From an uncultured Thermococci archaeon (GTDB taxonomy: Archaea > Methanobacteriota_B > Thermococci > Methanofastidiosales > B48-G16), in contig CAZQQT010000002.1 of the NCBI GenBank assembly GCA_964595645.1, forward strand, positions 96,001 through 160,000: 64,000 nt of DNA, given 5' to 3'. Shown here piece after piece: positions 35,385 to 45,192 of this stretch. The notes under the pieces were generated by a model. The model ran no database searches and was not told where the DNA came from. It saw only the letters and a list, made by a program, of their open reading frames with translations. Position 1 is the first letter of the stretch, and every line of letters starts with the position of its first letter. The position numbers and the translations under genes were made by a program.

Positions 35385-36367
35385 ATATCTATCATCCTCT
35401 TAAGCTGATGCATCATCTCTGCGAATTGATCGGTTGTGAGCGATTGGTTTCCATCACATAGCGCATCAGCGGGTCTGTTGTGTACCTCTACCATGACACC
35501 ATCTGCACCTGCCGCAATAGCGGCCTTTACCAGAGGGATTACAGCACTCCGTTTCCCCGTGGCATGACTCGGGTCAATGATTACGGGGAGGTGGGTGAGT
35601 TCATTGAGTACAGGAACAGCACTGATATCCAGGGTATTTCTTGTTGCAGTCTCAAATGTCTTGATTCCCCGTTCACAAAGTACCACATTCGGGTTTCCTT
35701 GCGACATAATATACTCTGTTGCAAAAAGGAGATCTTTGATCGTGGCATTCATACTTCGTTTTAGGAATATGGGTTTGGACTGTTTTCCTACTTCCTTGAG
35801 GAGGGAGAAATTCTGCATGTTCCTGGCTCCGATCTGTAACATATCGGAGTATTTCTCTACCAAAGGCACATCCCGTGTGTCCATCACCTCTGTGACGATA
35901 GGGAGTCCTGTTTCTTCCCGTGCCTTTTCGAGAAGTTTTAATCCCAGTTCACCCAACCCCTGAAAGGAGTAGGGGGATGTTCGCGGCTTGAATGCGCCGC
36001 CGCGGAGAATTGATGCTCCCTCTTTCTTTACTCGGTGTGCGGTCTCCAGTAACTGCTCTTTGGTCTCAACACTGCAGGGACCGGCAATGACTACTGGTTT
36101 TTCACCTATAGCTATTCCGCCTACATCTATTACCGTCTTTTTGTCTTTAAACTCCCTTCCAGCCAGAATATATCGTTGGGGGGAAAATATCACTTCTTTT
36201 ACTTCCTGCAGCTGTGATATTTTTTTCACGTCGGAAATATTTTTTGCTACAACCACCGGAGCCGAAAACTCTACCGAAAAGACATCAGAACAGGTTTTTT
36301 TCAGCTGTTCCTCTATCTTAGATCGTTGCAATTTCGATAGATTTTTCTTCAGTACAACTGCGTACAA
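35381..36367 (-). CDS. aroF: DAHP synthase class I-beta with N-terminal regulatory domain (start moved to TTG 36367)
   Basis: [40 protein letters not shown]; SD AGGGGA precedes TTG-TAC-GCA-GTT-GTA. Confidence 0.93.
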   Translation of the reverse strand: MYAVVLKKNLSKLQRSKIEEQLKKTCSDVFSVEFSAPVVVAKNISDVKKISQLQEVKEVIFSPQRYILAGREFKDKKTVIDVGGIAIGEKPVVIAGPCSVETKEQLLETAHRVKKEGASILRGGAFKPRTSPYSFQGLGELGLKLLEKAREETGLPIVTEVMDTRDVPLVEKYSDMLQIGARNMQNFSLLKEVGKQSKPIFLKRSMNATIKDLLFATEYIMSQGNPNVVLCERGIKTFETATRNTLDISAVPVLNELTHLPVIIDPSHATGKRSAVIPLVKAAIAAGADGVMVEVHNRPADALCDGNQSLTTDQFAEMMHQLKRMIDI

Positions 36368-36392
36368 TCCCCTGCTTTCTTTTCTCTCCAAC

Positions 36393-36518
36393 TTAATTGT
36401 TTTTAGAGAAGGATGACCAATCGAACTCATAGTCATCTCCTCCACAATCTACACAGGCCACCTCATCCTGTCCATTGTCGTTTTCACTATTTTCGTTTCC
36501 TTCACTTTTACATTTCAT
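36393..36518 (-). CDS. Putative aro-operon leader peptide, 41 aa (not in ORF track)
   Basis: [41 protein letters not shown]; SD AGGTGG, own promoter, paralogue at 38533-38649. Confidence 0.8.
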   Translation of the reverse strand: MKCKSEGNENSENDNGQDEVACVDCGGDDYEFDWSSFSKNN

Positions 36519-36553
36519 TTATTCCACCTTTCCCCTGATATAGACATGCATGC

Positions 36554-36570
36554 ATTTAAAAGGTTTTTGG
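36554..36570 (-). promoter_or_regulatory. BRE-TATA promoter of the aro leader/operon
   Basis: CCAAAAACC-TTTTAAAT, near-identical to the promoter at 38681-38696. Confidence 0.7.
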
Positions 36571-36640
36571 TGCATTTTTATGTACATGTAGTAGTTCATT
36601 GACTATGTAGATCAATATTCATCAAATTTTCGGACACAGA

Positions 36641-37411
36641 CTAAAGATTTTTTCTTAGCGTTTCGATAAAGGTTACCATCTCACTATAGCTTTTTTTCGT
36701 GACTATATCTCTAAAATTTTCTAGCTGAGTAGTAATTTTCTCAATTTCTGCAAGCGAGTAGGGAGCAAAGAGTATTTCAGCAAGAAGATGGTTATCTTCC
36801 TCTAACAGTTTTCGTGCTACTTCCTGATGTCTTGTGAATGTTGTTCCTGGAACAGCTTTCTCCGGGAGACAGGCAGCAAAAATCAGGGAACAAATAAAAG
36901 GAAGCGCAAGCGAGTCTGCCATGAGGCTATCATGTTCATCGAAGGAACATTCGTATATATGGACACCACGAGTGAGAAAGAACCTCTTAAAAAACTGTTT
37001 GGCTGCAGTATCAGATTCTTCTATAATGATAACATTCTCTTCTTTCAAATCATCAAATGTAGTGAATCTGGGACCGAACATTGGATGGATCGAGGCATAC
37101 CTGTTTCCACACTCTTGGTAGTACAACGGCAGTTTTCCTTTAATGGAAGCAATATCCACAAGAATACAGGCCGATGGCAAGTATGGTGCAACTTCCTCAA
37201 AAACCTCGACGGTATGCTGCAGACTCACCGCATTTATCACCATTTCAGGGTCGAAGGATTTAACCTCTGCGATAGCATCGAGATGAGTAACTCCCTCTAC
37301 TGCCTCTCTTTTCTCTTTATCTTCATCGTAGATTGCTATCTCATGATTTTTTGAGAGCTCACGGGCCAGCCATGAGCCCATATTTCCAACACCTATCACC
37401 GCGATCCTCAT
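36641..37411 (-). CDS. tyrA: Prephenate dehydrogenase (start moved to ATG 37411)
   Basis: MRIAVIGVGNMG, DIASIK, HPMFGP, EHDSLMA; ATGA overlap with the pheA stop. Confidence 0.9.
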   Translation of the reverse strand: MRIAVIGVGNMGSWLARELSKNHEIAIYDEDKEKREAVEGVTHLDAIAEVKSFDPEMVINAVSLQHTVEVFEEVAPYLPSACILVDIASIKGKLPLYYQECGNRYASIHPMFGPRFTTFDDLKEENVIIIEESDTAAKQFFKRFFLTRGVHIYECSFDEHDSLMADSLALPFICSLIFAACLPEKAVPGTTFTRHQEVARKLLEEDNHLLAEILFAPYSLAEIEKITTQLENFRDIVTKKSYSEMVTFIETLRKNL

Positions 37412-38463
37412 AGGATCGCCTCCGGGTAGCAGCCGAGGAATTTGTAGATTAGTGTTCGATCTTTCATCTCGCGAAGCATCTCTTTTATTCTCTCCTCTTC
37501 CACAGATCCCTGAAAATCGAGTAGAAACATGTAATGCCCGGGTCTTTCTTTTATAGGCCGGGATATTATTCGTGTGAGATTTATGTTTTTCTCGGTAAAT
37601 ATACGAAGCAGACGGTGGAGGGCACCGGGTTCGTGCTTTACTGAAACGACAATAGAACATTTTGTTCCCTTTCCACAGGGAGCAGAGGAGACAACCACGA
37701 ACCGGGTAAAATTCGAGGACACATCCCCGACGTTTCTTTTTATTATTTCGAGATTGTAACGTTCTGCACATAGTGTACTTGCGATAGCTGCAGTGGCAGG
37801 TGGGAAGGTATCTGCGATCATCCTAGCAGCACCAGCAGTATCGTAGTATGGAACTATCTCGATTCCAGTCTCCGTAAGAAAGCTCCTGCACTGTGCCAAT
37901 GCCTGCGGGTGAGAGTATACTTTTTTAATCTCGCTGAGTTCAGTGCTTGGTGGTGCGAGAAGAGCATGGTGGACAGGAAGCTGTATCTCTCCCACTATTG
38001 GAAGCTCATACGCTATTAGAAGATCCGTTACTTCTGTCACCGTTCCTTCGATTGAATTCTCAATAGGGACAATTCCCAGATCAAACCATCCATGCTCCAC
38101 CGCCTCGAATATTTCAGCAAAGGCTGTGCAGGGGATGGGCACCATTTTTTCGCTGTATCGTTTTGCAGCCATCTCCCCGTAAGCACCGTGTTCACCCTGA
38201 AATCCTATAAGTGCATGTTTTTCTCTCTGGAGTTTTTTACTTTCTGCAATTATTTTCTTAAAAATTTGTGAAGCAAACTCGTCATCTATCAGATCATGGC
38301 AGTACGTTTTAACAGTATTTATAACGCACTGTTCTCTCTTTTCATCAGTGATTTTCTCCTTCAGTTTCGTAGTCCGTAATGCCAGCTCCATTCGTTCGTT
38401 CAGCAGCGAGATAATTTCACGATCTATCCGGTTTATCTCCTCCCTTAGAAGTGTTAACTCCAT
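37408..38463 (-). CDS. pheA: Bifunctional chorismate mutase / prephenate dehydratase
   Basis: LREEINRID..LLNER, QGEHGAY, VPIENS, SHPQALAQC, NFTRF, ACT domain (PGAL, NLTRIISRP). Confidence 0.95.
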   Translation of the reverse strand: MELTLLREEINRIDREIISLLNERMELALRTTKLKEKITDEKREQCVINTVKTYCHDLIDDEFASQIFKKIIAESKKLQREKHALIGFQGEHGAYGEMAAKRYSEKMVPIPCTAFAEIFEAVEHGWFDLGIVPIENSIEGTVTEVTDLLIAYELPIVGEIQLPVHHALLAPPSTELSEIKKVYSHPQALAQCRSFLTETGIEIVPYYDTAGAARMIADTFPPATAAIASTLCAERYNLEIIKRNVGDVSSNFTRFVVVSSAPCGKGTKCSIVVSVKHEPGALHRLLRIFTEKNINLTRIISRPIKERPGHYMFLLDFQGSVEEERIKEMLREMKDRTLIYKFLGCYPEAIL

Positions 38464-38532
38464 TCTTCCCCCCTCCAGAGAGATCCGTCCCTCTTTATCA
38501 CTGACACTCTCAGAAAAGTAATACTCTGTCCT

Positions 38533-38649
38533 TCACATTGATTCGTCCGGGAACGACTGGAAACAGAAGTCATAGTCGCTCCCTCCGCTATCTCGGCAGC
38601 TTAACATATCATCTCCGCCATCCTCATTTTCTTGTTCTCCATTGTTCAT
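38533..38649 (-). CDS. Putative pheA-tyrA leader peptide, 38 aa (not in ORF track)
   Basis: MNNGEQENEDGGDDMLSCRDSGGSDYDFCFQSFPDESM; own promoter; paralogue of 36393-36518. Confidence 0.8.
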   Translation of the reverse strand: MNNGEQENEDGGDDMLSCRDSGGSDYDFCFQSFPDESM

Positions 38650-38680
38650 GATACCTACCTAGACTCTCCTACACAGCTGT

Positions 38681-38696
38681 ATTTAAAAGGTTTTGG
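38681..38696 (-). promoter_or_regulatory. BRE-TATA promoter of the phe/tyr leader/operon
   Basis: CCAAAACC-TTTTAAAT. Confidence 0.7.
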
Positions 38697-38827
38697 CACG
38701 CCAGATTTGATATGCAAGAGGCAAAAAATGTGTATGTTTTGAATCCATAAACCCTAAAAGGTATGTGTCTCTATGAGCAGGATTCCCAAAGAAAAACTTC
38801 TTTACTATCTTTTGGATACACTATTCA

Positions 38828-39607
38828 TCAGATATTCTTTGTAGGGAGACTCATTTCTTTGACGTAGGTCGTAACCTTCTCATAACTATGTGTTCTTCTT
38901 ACAATACCACTGCCAACGATTACTCCATCTGCTCCGAGATGAAGTATCTCTCGCACATGAGTGGGATGTGAGATCCCAAATCCTACACAGAGAGGAATGT
39001 CTGTGGCGGCCCGCATTCGTTTCATACATTCATGAACCTCTTGGGAAACTCTGTCCCTTTCACCGGTCACACCTAAAAGTGATACCACGTAAAGGAATCC
39101 TGTGGTAGCCTTTATAATCTTTTTAAGTCGTTTATTTGGGGTGATGGGAGATGCCAAAAATATATTTGCAAATTCATGCTCTCTTGAAAGTGTTATAAGC
39201 TCAGAAGCTTCTTCTGGTGGGAGATCAGCAGCTATCAATCCATCGGCCACCTCTGCGAAATCACTGATGAACTCGTTGATACCGTACTGCAGAATAATGT
39301 TGTAGTATGTCAAGAGTACAATAGGGATATCACGGTTCTTACGGGCCTTTTTTATTACTTTTAAGACCTTTTCCGGCGTTGTGTCGTTTTTTAGAGCTCT
39401 TTGTACTGAATTTTGTATTGTTTTTCCATCTGCTACCGGATCGGAGTGAGGAATACCCAGCTCTATAATATCTGCACCATTTTTTTCGAGAACTTCTATG
39501 AGTTTTACGGTATCTTCCAATGAAGGATCACCACAGGTGATATAGGGAATAAATGCTCTTTGATTTTTTTCCCGCAGTTTTTCGAACGTTGTATTAATGC
39601 TATTCAT
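38828..39607 (-). CDS. trpA: Tryptophan synthase alpha chain
   Basis: [39 protein letters not shown]. Confidence 0.97.
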   Translation of the reverse strand: MNSINTTFEKLREKNQRAFIPYITCGDPSLEDTVKLIEVLEKNGADIIELGIPHSDPVADGKTIQNSVQRALKNDTTPEKVLKVIKKARKNRDIPIVLLTYYNIILQYGINEFISDFAEVADGLIAADLPPEEASELITLSREHEFANIFLASPITPNKRLKKIIKATTGFLYVVSLLGVTGERDRVSQEVHECMKRMRAATDIPLCVGFGISHPTHVREILHLGADGVIVGSGIVRRTHSYEKVTTYVKEMSLPTKNI

Positions 39608-40800
39608 ATGCGTACCTCCAAAAGTCTTACTCCTGTCTCCACATCTTTATCCCCCCGTCCTGAAAAGTTCACCACAACGATATCATCTCTTTCATACTGT
39701 TCCTTCATTTTGTGAAGATACGCAAGAGCGTGACATGTTTCAAAAGCGGGAATAATTCCCTCTGTTTTTGACACAAACTTGAAGGCATCGAGTACTTCTC
39801 TATCAGTAGCATAGTCCGCTTTTACCCTTCCGCTGTCAACAAGGTATGAGATCTCTGGACCACGGGCGGGATAGTTCAGTCCTGCACTTCGGGAGTAGGT
39901 CCGTGATATCTGTCCGTGATCGTCTTGGAGAAGGAAGGTATAGGCACCGTGAAGTACACCCTTTTTTCCTCCGGCAAATACAGCAGTATGTCGTTCTCCT
40001 TCTAGTCCTTCACCTCCTCCTTCTACAAATATGAGATTCACCTCTTCAGTGATGAACGGAAAGAACGCACCGAGGGCGTTAGAACCGCCGGAGCCGCAGG
40101 CGACGATAGCGTCGGGCAGTCGTCCTTCTTTCTCTAATAACTGATTCTTTATTTCTTTCCCGATAATGTTCTGAAACTCCCTTACTATCATGGGAAAGGG
40201 GTGAGGTCCTACTGTCGAGCCGATGAGATAGTGTGTACCCTCTACATTAGCAACCCAGTCTCGGAGAGCCTCATTCACTGCGTCTTTCAGAACACCGGAG
40301 CCTCCGGTGACAGGTGTAACTGTTGCTCCCAGAAGCTTGATCTTCAATGCATTGAGTCTCTGTCTTTTTATGTCTTTTTTCCCCATAAATACTTCTGTTT
40401 CTAAGTCCAAAAGAGCTCCTGCAGTTGCTGTAGCAAGCCCATGTTGTCCAGCGGCGGTTTCTGCGATTATTCGCTTTTTTCCCATCTTTTTTGCAAGCAA
40501 TGCCTGACCTATTGTATTATTCAATTTATGAGCGCCACCATGGACCAGATCCTCTCTTTTTAGATATATAGTGAATCCAAAATAGCGCGAAAGAGATTCG
40601 GAGAGATAGAGAGGTGTAGGCCTTCCGGCGTAATCTCTGAGATATGAATTCAATTTCTCCCGAAATTCTGGGTCTTCTTTATATTGCGTATACGATTTTT
40701 CCAGCTCTTCTAAGGCAGGCATCAATGTTTCCGGTGCAAATTGTCCACCAAACTCACCAAATTTTCCATTATTATCTGGAAAAGAGTATTTTTCTCTCAC
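39604..40800 (-). CDS. trpB: Tryptophan synthase beta chain (TrpB1 type)
   Basis: [38 protein letters not shown]. Confidence 0.96.
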   Translation of the reverse strand: MREKYSFPDNNGKFGEFGGQFAPETLMPALEELEKSYTQYKEDPEFREKLNSYLRDYAGRPTPLYLSESLSRYFGFTIYLKREDLVHGGAHKLNNTIGQALLAKKMGKKRIIAETAAGQHGLATATAGALLDLETEVFMGKKDIKRQRLNALKIKLLGATVTPVTGGSGVLKDAVNEALRDWVANVEGTHYLIGSTVGPHPFPMIVREFQNIIGKEIKNQLLEKEGRLPDAIVACGSGGSNALGAFFPFITEEVNLIFVEGGGEGLEGERHTAVFAGGKKGVLHGAYTFLLQDDHGQISRTYSRSAGLNYPARGPEISYLVDSGRVKADYATDREVLDAFKFVSKTEGIIPAFETCHALAYLHKMKEQYERDDIVVVNFSGRGDKDVETGVRLLEVRI

Positions 40801-41380
40801 TCTCTACACCTCGTGCCTTTTCGATGAACGCCTTCATTAACTGATGATTCTTTTTTCCATCCCCTTCCACCCCACTGGAAACATCAACTCCAAATGGTGC
40901 TACCTCCTGCACGGCTTCTACTACATTCCAGGGCGTAAGCCCGCCCGCTAAAATTAACGGTTTTGTTACCGTCTCGTTGATTTTTCCGGTGATTGACCAG
41001 TCGTGAACCTCACCACTCCCATATCCAGAATCGATAAGCACCATGTCTACTTTGTTTTTTATTTTTGTGAACTGTTCAGCTGTGAACTCGGAATGGAGAT
41101 ATCCTCGTATGACTCCACAGTGAAAGGGAGGGAAGGTATCTTCATATAGCTGGATATAATCTGCCGTGGTGGTTATTTCTTCGAGATTCTCTGCATGAAG
41201 TGTCACTGCCACTGTAGCAATTGAAGGAGGGACTAACATCATTAATTTTTTTGCCTTTTCGATCGAAAGATTTCTTTTACTCTCCTCTGTTTCGACAACA
41301 AATCCCAAAGCGTCCGGATAGAGTGTTACCGCATCTTTAAGTTCCCTTTTGGAGGTAATACCACATATCTTTATCCACAT
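40772..41380 (-). CDS. trpF: Phosphoribosylanthranilate isomerase
   Basis: [32 protein letters not shown]. Confidence 0.95.
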   Translation of the reverse strand: MWIKICGITSKRELKDAVTLYPDALGFVVETEESKRNLSIEKAKKLMMLVPPSIATVAVTLHAENLEEITTTADYIQLYEDTFPPFHCGVIRGYLHSEFTAEQFTKIKNKVDMVLIDSGYGSGEVHDWSITGKINETVTKPLILAGGLTPWNVVEAVQEVAPFGVDVSSGVEGDGKKNHQLMKAFIEKARGVESERKILFSR

Positions 41381-42126
41381 ACGATCAGCTCCTGTAATTT
41401 CTCCTCTGGATTCTCTGCAGTCATAAGTGCTGTGCCCACAAGAATGCCATCAATATGCTCTTTCACCGTTAATACCTGCGATCTGGTGCTGAACCCGCTC
41501 TCACTTATCAGCGGTTTTTCTACTGAGACATTTTTTAGGATTCTGCATGTATGGAAAATGTCTGTGTTCATCGTTCGCAGATCTCTGTTATTTATACCGA
41601 GAAGATCTGCTTCCGTTTCTGCTGCCTTTACCAGTTCTTTTCGGGAATGGACCTCCAGTAACACCTCGAGTCCATGCTCATGGATATATTCTATCATTTT
41701 ATCGAGATCGAAGTACCCACGATCTGCCAGTATAAAAAGCACCAAGACAGCATCTGCACCAATTCGTTCTGCAGCATCAACCTGTACTTCAGAGATGACG
41801 AAATCCTTCATTAAGAGAGGAAGATCGACCTGTTCTCTCACCTGTGCGAAACGATGTAAGCTTCCTGCAAAGCTCTTCGGTTCGGTGAGAATGGAGAGTG
41901 CAGCACAGTACTGCTCCATGGTACGTATCATCGTTGAAGGATCTTCTTCTTTTCTTAGGATCCCTTGGGAAGGCGATGCATATTTCAGCTCGCCTACTAA
42001 TGAGAAAGAGTTGTGTTCTAAGGTTTCTCTGAGTGATTTTCCCTTCTTTGCTTCCGTAGTTATATTGTAGTATCCTTCTCTCACTGTGTGTAGCGTTTCA
42101 TTCACTAGCATATCAAGGATATCCAT
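41371..42126 (-). CDS. trpC: Indole-3-glycerol phosphate synthase
   Basis: ELKYASPSQG, SILTEP, KDFV, LLEVH, GINNRDL, ISESG. Confidence 0.95.
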   Translation of the reverse strand: MDILDMLVNETLHTVREGYYNITTEAKKGKSLRETLEHNSFSLVGELKYASPSQGILRKEEDPSTMIRTMEQYCAALSILTEPKSFAGSLHRFAQVREQVDLPLLMKDFVISEVQVDAAERIGADAVLVLFILADRGYFDLDKMIEYIHEHGLEVLLEVHSRKELVKAAETEADLLGINNRDLRTMNTDIFHTCRILKNVSVEKPLISESGFSTRSQVLTVKEHIDGILVGTALMTAENPEEKLQELIVCG

Positions 42127-43158
42127 CTACTCACCAAACCTTTCTAGAACAGAGATATCTCCACCTTCTCTTACCAGCAGCTCAAGTTTTCTAAACGCTT
42201 GTCCAGAATCAATGCTTTCTTCAGCAATTTCCATCGCCTTTTTAAGATCGTTTGTTTTTCCTCCTGCAATTATTGCCAGTGCTGAGTTTGCTACGACAAT
42301 GTCCCTTTTTGATCCTTTTTCTCCTTTTAAAATATTGTATATTGTTCTTGCACTTTCCTCCATTCCATTTGTTTTTAAATCGCTTAAATGGGCCTTTTCA
42401 AGGCCAAAATCCTTTGGTGAGAGCTCATATATCTTTACATCCTCTTTTATTTCTGCCACGAGCGTTTTCCCCAAGATGGTAACTTCGTCCATGCCGTCTC
42501 CATGAACAACGAATGAGTGATCCACGCCGAGCCGTTCTACTGCATGAGCAATTTTTTCAATGATAGTTGGCGTATACACACCAAGTACTTGGTGGTCAGC
42601 ATCTGCGGGATTTGTTAACGGACCAAGAATATTAAACACAGTCCGCAACGCTAGGTTTTTTCGTACAGGCATTGCATATCTCATTGCAGGATGAAAAACC
42701 GGAGCGAACATAAATCCGATACCTATTTTCTCAATAATTTTTTCTATCTTTTCTGGCGCTGTCTTCATAGAGACTCCCAGAGCCTCCAGGACATCTGCAG
42801 AGCCTGCGTTGCTTGTGACAGATCTATTCCCATGTTTTGCGATGGGAACGCCCGCCCCGGCAGCAACGAACATTGCGGCTGTAGAAATATTGAATGTCTT
42901 TATTTTATCGCCCCCCGTTCCACAGGTATCGACAAGTCCTTCCTTCATAGGGGCTATCTGTATACACTGTTCTCTCATGCTTCGGGCAAACCCTGCAATT
43001 TCTTCAGAGGTTTCACCTTTCATTCTCAGTGCGATGAGAAATGCGGATATTTGTGTCTTTGATGCCCTTCCTTCCATTATGTCGTTCATACTCTCAAAAG
43101 AAGTCTCTTCTGAGAGATTTTTTCCTTCTGCCAGATCTTTTATTGCGCTTTCGATCAT
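42127..43158 (-). CDS. trpD: Anthranilate phosphoribosyltransferase
   Basis: DTCGTGGD, FNIST, KHGNRSVTS, RTVFNILGPLTNP. Confidence 0.97.
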   Translation of the reverse strand: MIESAIKDLAEGKNLSEETSFESMNDIMEGRASKTQISAFLIALRMKGETSEEIAGFARSMREQCIQIAPMKEGLVDTCGTGGDKIKTFNISTAAMFVAAGAGVPIAKHGNRSVTSNAGSADVLEALGVSMKTAPEKIEKIIEKIGIGFMFAPVFHPAMRYAMPVRKNLALRTVFNILGPLTNPADADHQVLGVYTPTIIEKIAHAVERLGVDHSFVVHGDGMDEVTILGKTLVAEIKEDVKIYELSPKDFGLEKAHLSDLKTNGMEESARTIYNILKGEKGSKRDIVVANSALAIIAGGKTNDLKKAMEIAEESIDSGQAFRKLELLVREGGDISVLERFGE

Positions 43159-43706
43159 TTCCTCACCTTCAAAAAGTTTTTTATTATTTTTTTGCCCTCT
43201 TTCGTGAGAATAGATTCTGGATGAAATTGTAACCCTTCTACAGGATATATTTTATGCCTAACTCCCATAATTTCCCCTTTTTCGGACCGAGCTGTTACAT
43301 AAAGGTCTTTTGGGATCTCAGACACTATTAAAGAATGGTATCTTGTAGCTTCAAATGGGTTAGCTATTCCTTTGTATACACCTTTTCCGTCATGGGAAAT
43401 TAATGATGTTTTTCCATGAACTATTCTTTTTGCTCTTTCTACCTTCCCCCCAAACGCTAAGGCAATAGCCTGATGCCCGAGACAGACGCCGAGTAGGGGA
43501 ACATGTTCCCCATGGTGCTGTATACGTGCCATGATCTCTGGGATACTTTGCGGATGACCCGGGCCTGGACTCACCACAATTTTTGCGTATTTATCGATTC
43601 TGAACTGTTCATCATTTCTTACCACACTTACTGTCGTATACTCGCCGATATACTGGACTAGATTGTAGACAAAGGAATCATAGTTATCGATAACAAGCAC
43701 CGTCAT
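43155..43706 (-). CDS. trpG: Anthranilate synthase component II
   Basis: IDNYDSF, SPGPG, GVCLGHQ, RYHSL, QFHPES. Confidence 0.96.
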   Translation of the reverse strand: MTVLVIDNYDSFVYNLVQYIGEYTTVSVVRNDEQFRIDKYAKIVVSPGPGHPQSIPEIMARIQHHGEHVPLLGVCLGHQAIALAFGGKVERAKRIVHGKTSLISHDGKGVYKGIANPFEATRYHSLIVSEIPKDLYVTARSEKGEIMGVRHKIYPVEGLQFHPESILTKEGKKIIKNFLKVRK

Positions 43707-45067
43707 TCTAACACCTCGTGAACAGCCTTTTTCATTGCCTCGAGTTTTTTTTCTGTTTCAAAGTACTCTTTCTCAGGGATAGAATCTGCAACAATTCCTG
43801 CACCGGCCTGCATCGTCAACACTCCTTTATTTACAGTGAGGGTCCTTATTGTAATTGCAAAGTCCATGTCACCGTTATATGAAAAATATCCCACACCCCC
43901 TGCGTAGATATCCCGTTTTTCTGGTTCTAATTCCTCGATAATTTCCATGGCTCGTATTTTTGGAGCACCACTTACAGTACCGGCTGGAAATGTTGCCCTG
44001 AAGAGGTCAAAGGCGTCTAGATCTTCACGAAGTATACCAGAAACACTGGAAACTAAATGTTGAACATGACTGTACTTCTCAACAACCATAAAGTCTCCCA
44101 CCGTCACCGATCCGTACTCACAGACCTTTCCGAGATCGTTTCTTCCGAGATCGAGGAGCATTACATGTTCTGCTCGTTCCTTTTCATCTGTCAGCATCTC
44201 TTCTGCAAGCATTGCATCTCTTTCTTCAGTTTTTCCTCTTCTCCGAGTTCCAGCAATAGGCCGTACCCACGCTTTTTTACCCTCTAGCCGCACCAACATT
44301 TCAGGGCTACTTCCCAGTACAAAAAGATCGTCAAAGTGTAGAAAGTACATATAGGGTGAGGGATTGATTTTCCTGAGAGCGCGGTAAAGAAGGAGAGGAT
44401 CACAGTCTACCTCAGCTCTGAGTTTTCGTGAGAGAACGACCTGGAAAATATCCCCTGCGTAGATATACTCCTTGGCTCTTTGCACTATTTTCTCAAATGC
44501 TTTTTTTGAGATAGAGGAATAAAATTTTTTGTGTGTTCCATTAGTAGATAGTATCTTTTTTTCCTTCAACTTTTCTTCAAGACACGCAATTCGTTCCTCC
44601 GCACGGCTGTACGGTTCATGGCTGTCCAATGTAACAAGGATGTATGTCTTCTTGGCGACATGATCGAATACAATACAGTCATCGGTTACCATGAAGAGTG
44701 CATCGGGAATGGCATTCTCTACATTTTCTTTGGGTAGCCTTTCAAACTGCCTCACCATATCATAAGAAACAAACCCCACGATGCCTCCAACGAATCTCGA
44801 TATATTTTTATCTGAGCATGTTTTCTTTTGTACAAACTTTTCCAGAGATTCTATGGACTTATCCTTCAGCGAGATATGTTCCCTGGAGATGCCAAGGAAG
44901 GAGAATCTAGCAGTTTTATCAAACTCCGCACTTTCAAGGAGAAAAGAGTAGGGCTTTTTAATCCTCAAATAGGCTTCTAAAGGTGAAATGTTTAGTTTAA
45001 TCTCCTTAGACAGACATATTTTTTCATAATCTTTTCTTACATCTTCAAATTCTGATCTCGATAACAT
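43703..45067 (-). CDS. trpE: Anthranilate synthase component I
   Basis: FLLES, GDIFQVVLS, NPSPYM, PIAGT, KERAEH.ML.DLGRND, PAGTVSGAPK. Confidence 0.96.
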   Translation of the reverse strand: MLSRSEFEDVRKDYEKICLSKEIKLNISPLEAYLRIKKPYSFLLESAEFDKTARFSFLGISREHISLKDKSIESLEKFVQKKTCSDKNISRFVGGIVGFVSYDMVRQFERLPKENVENAIPDALFMVTDDCIVFDHVAKKTYILVTLDSHEPYSRAEERIACLEEKLKEKKILSTNGTHKKFYSSISKKAFEKIVQRAKEYIYAGDIFQVVLSRKLRAEVDCDPLLLYRALRKINPSPYMYFLHFDDLFVLGSSPEMLVRLEGKKAWVRPIAGTRRRGKTEERDAMLAEEMLTDEKERAEHVMLLDLGRNDLGKVCEYGSVTVGDFMVVEKYSHVQHLVSSVSGILREDLDAFDLFRATFPAGTVSGAPKIRAMEIIEELEPEKRDIYAGGVGYFSYNGDMDFAITIRTLTVNKGVLTMQAGAGIVADSIPEKEYFETEKKLEAMKKAVHEVLE

Positions 45068-45105
45068 AATATCCCCTCCTCCGATAAGAACTCACGCAGA
45101 GTACC

Positions 45106-45176
45106 TTAGAATCGCCACTCCTCTAATAAAGAGAGAAATTCCAGTGTTCCCAGTAGGGGCTTACTCTGCATACCAT
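45106..45176 (-). CDS. Putative trp leader peptide(s): MQSKPLLGTLEFLSLLEEWRF (45171-45106) and overlapping MVCRVSPYWEHWNFSLY (45176-45123)
   Basis: ATG 45171 lies 29 nt from the TATA start, the spacing seen at leaderless genes in this window; the alternative frame has 2 Trp, 2 Tyr and 1 Phe. Confidence 0.55.
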
Positions 45177-45192
45177 TCCAGAAGAAAGAGCA

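Noticed and set aside
36368-36445. N-terminal extension of aroF
   Set aside because: Overlaps the leader peptide in another frame; TTG 36367 has an SD and a typical N-terminus
37412-37771. N-terminal extension of tyrA in the ORF track
   Set aside because: Overlaps pheA; the Rossmann motif and ATGA coupling place the start at 37411
36393-38649. Leader peptides read as RiPP precursors for the radical SAM at the window start
   Set aside because: About 35 kb away, the SPASM domain is missing, and position plus aromatic content fit operon leaders better; not fully excluded
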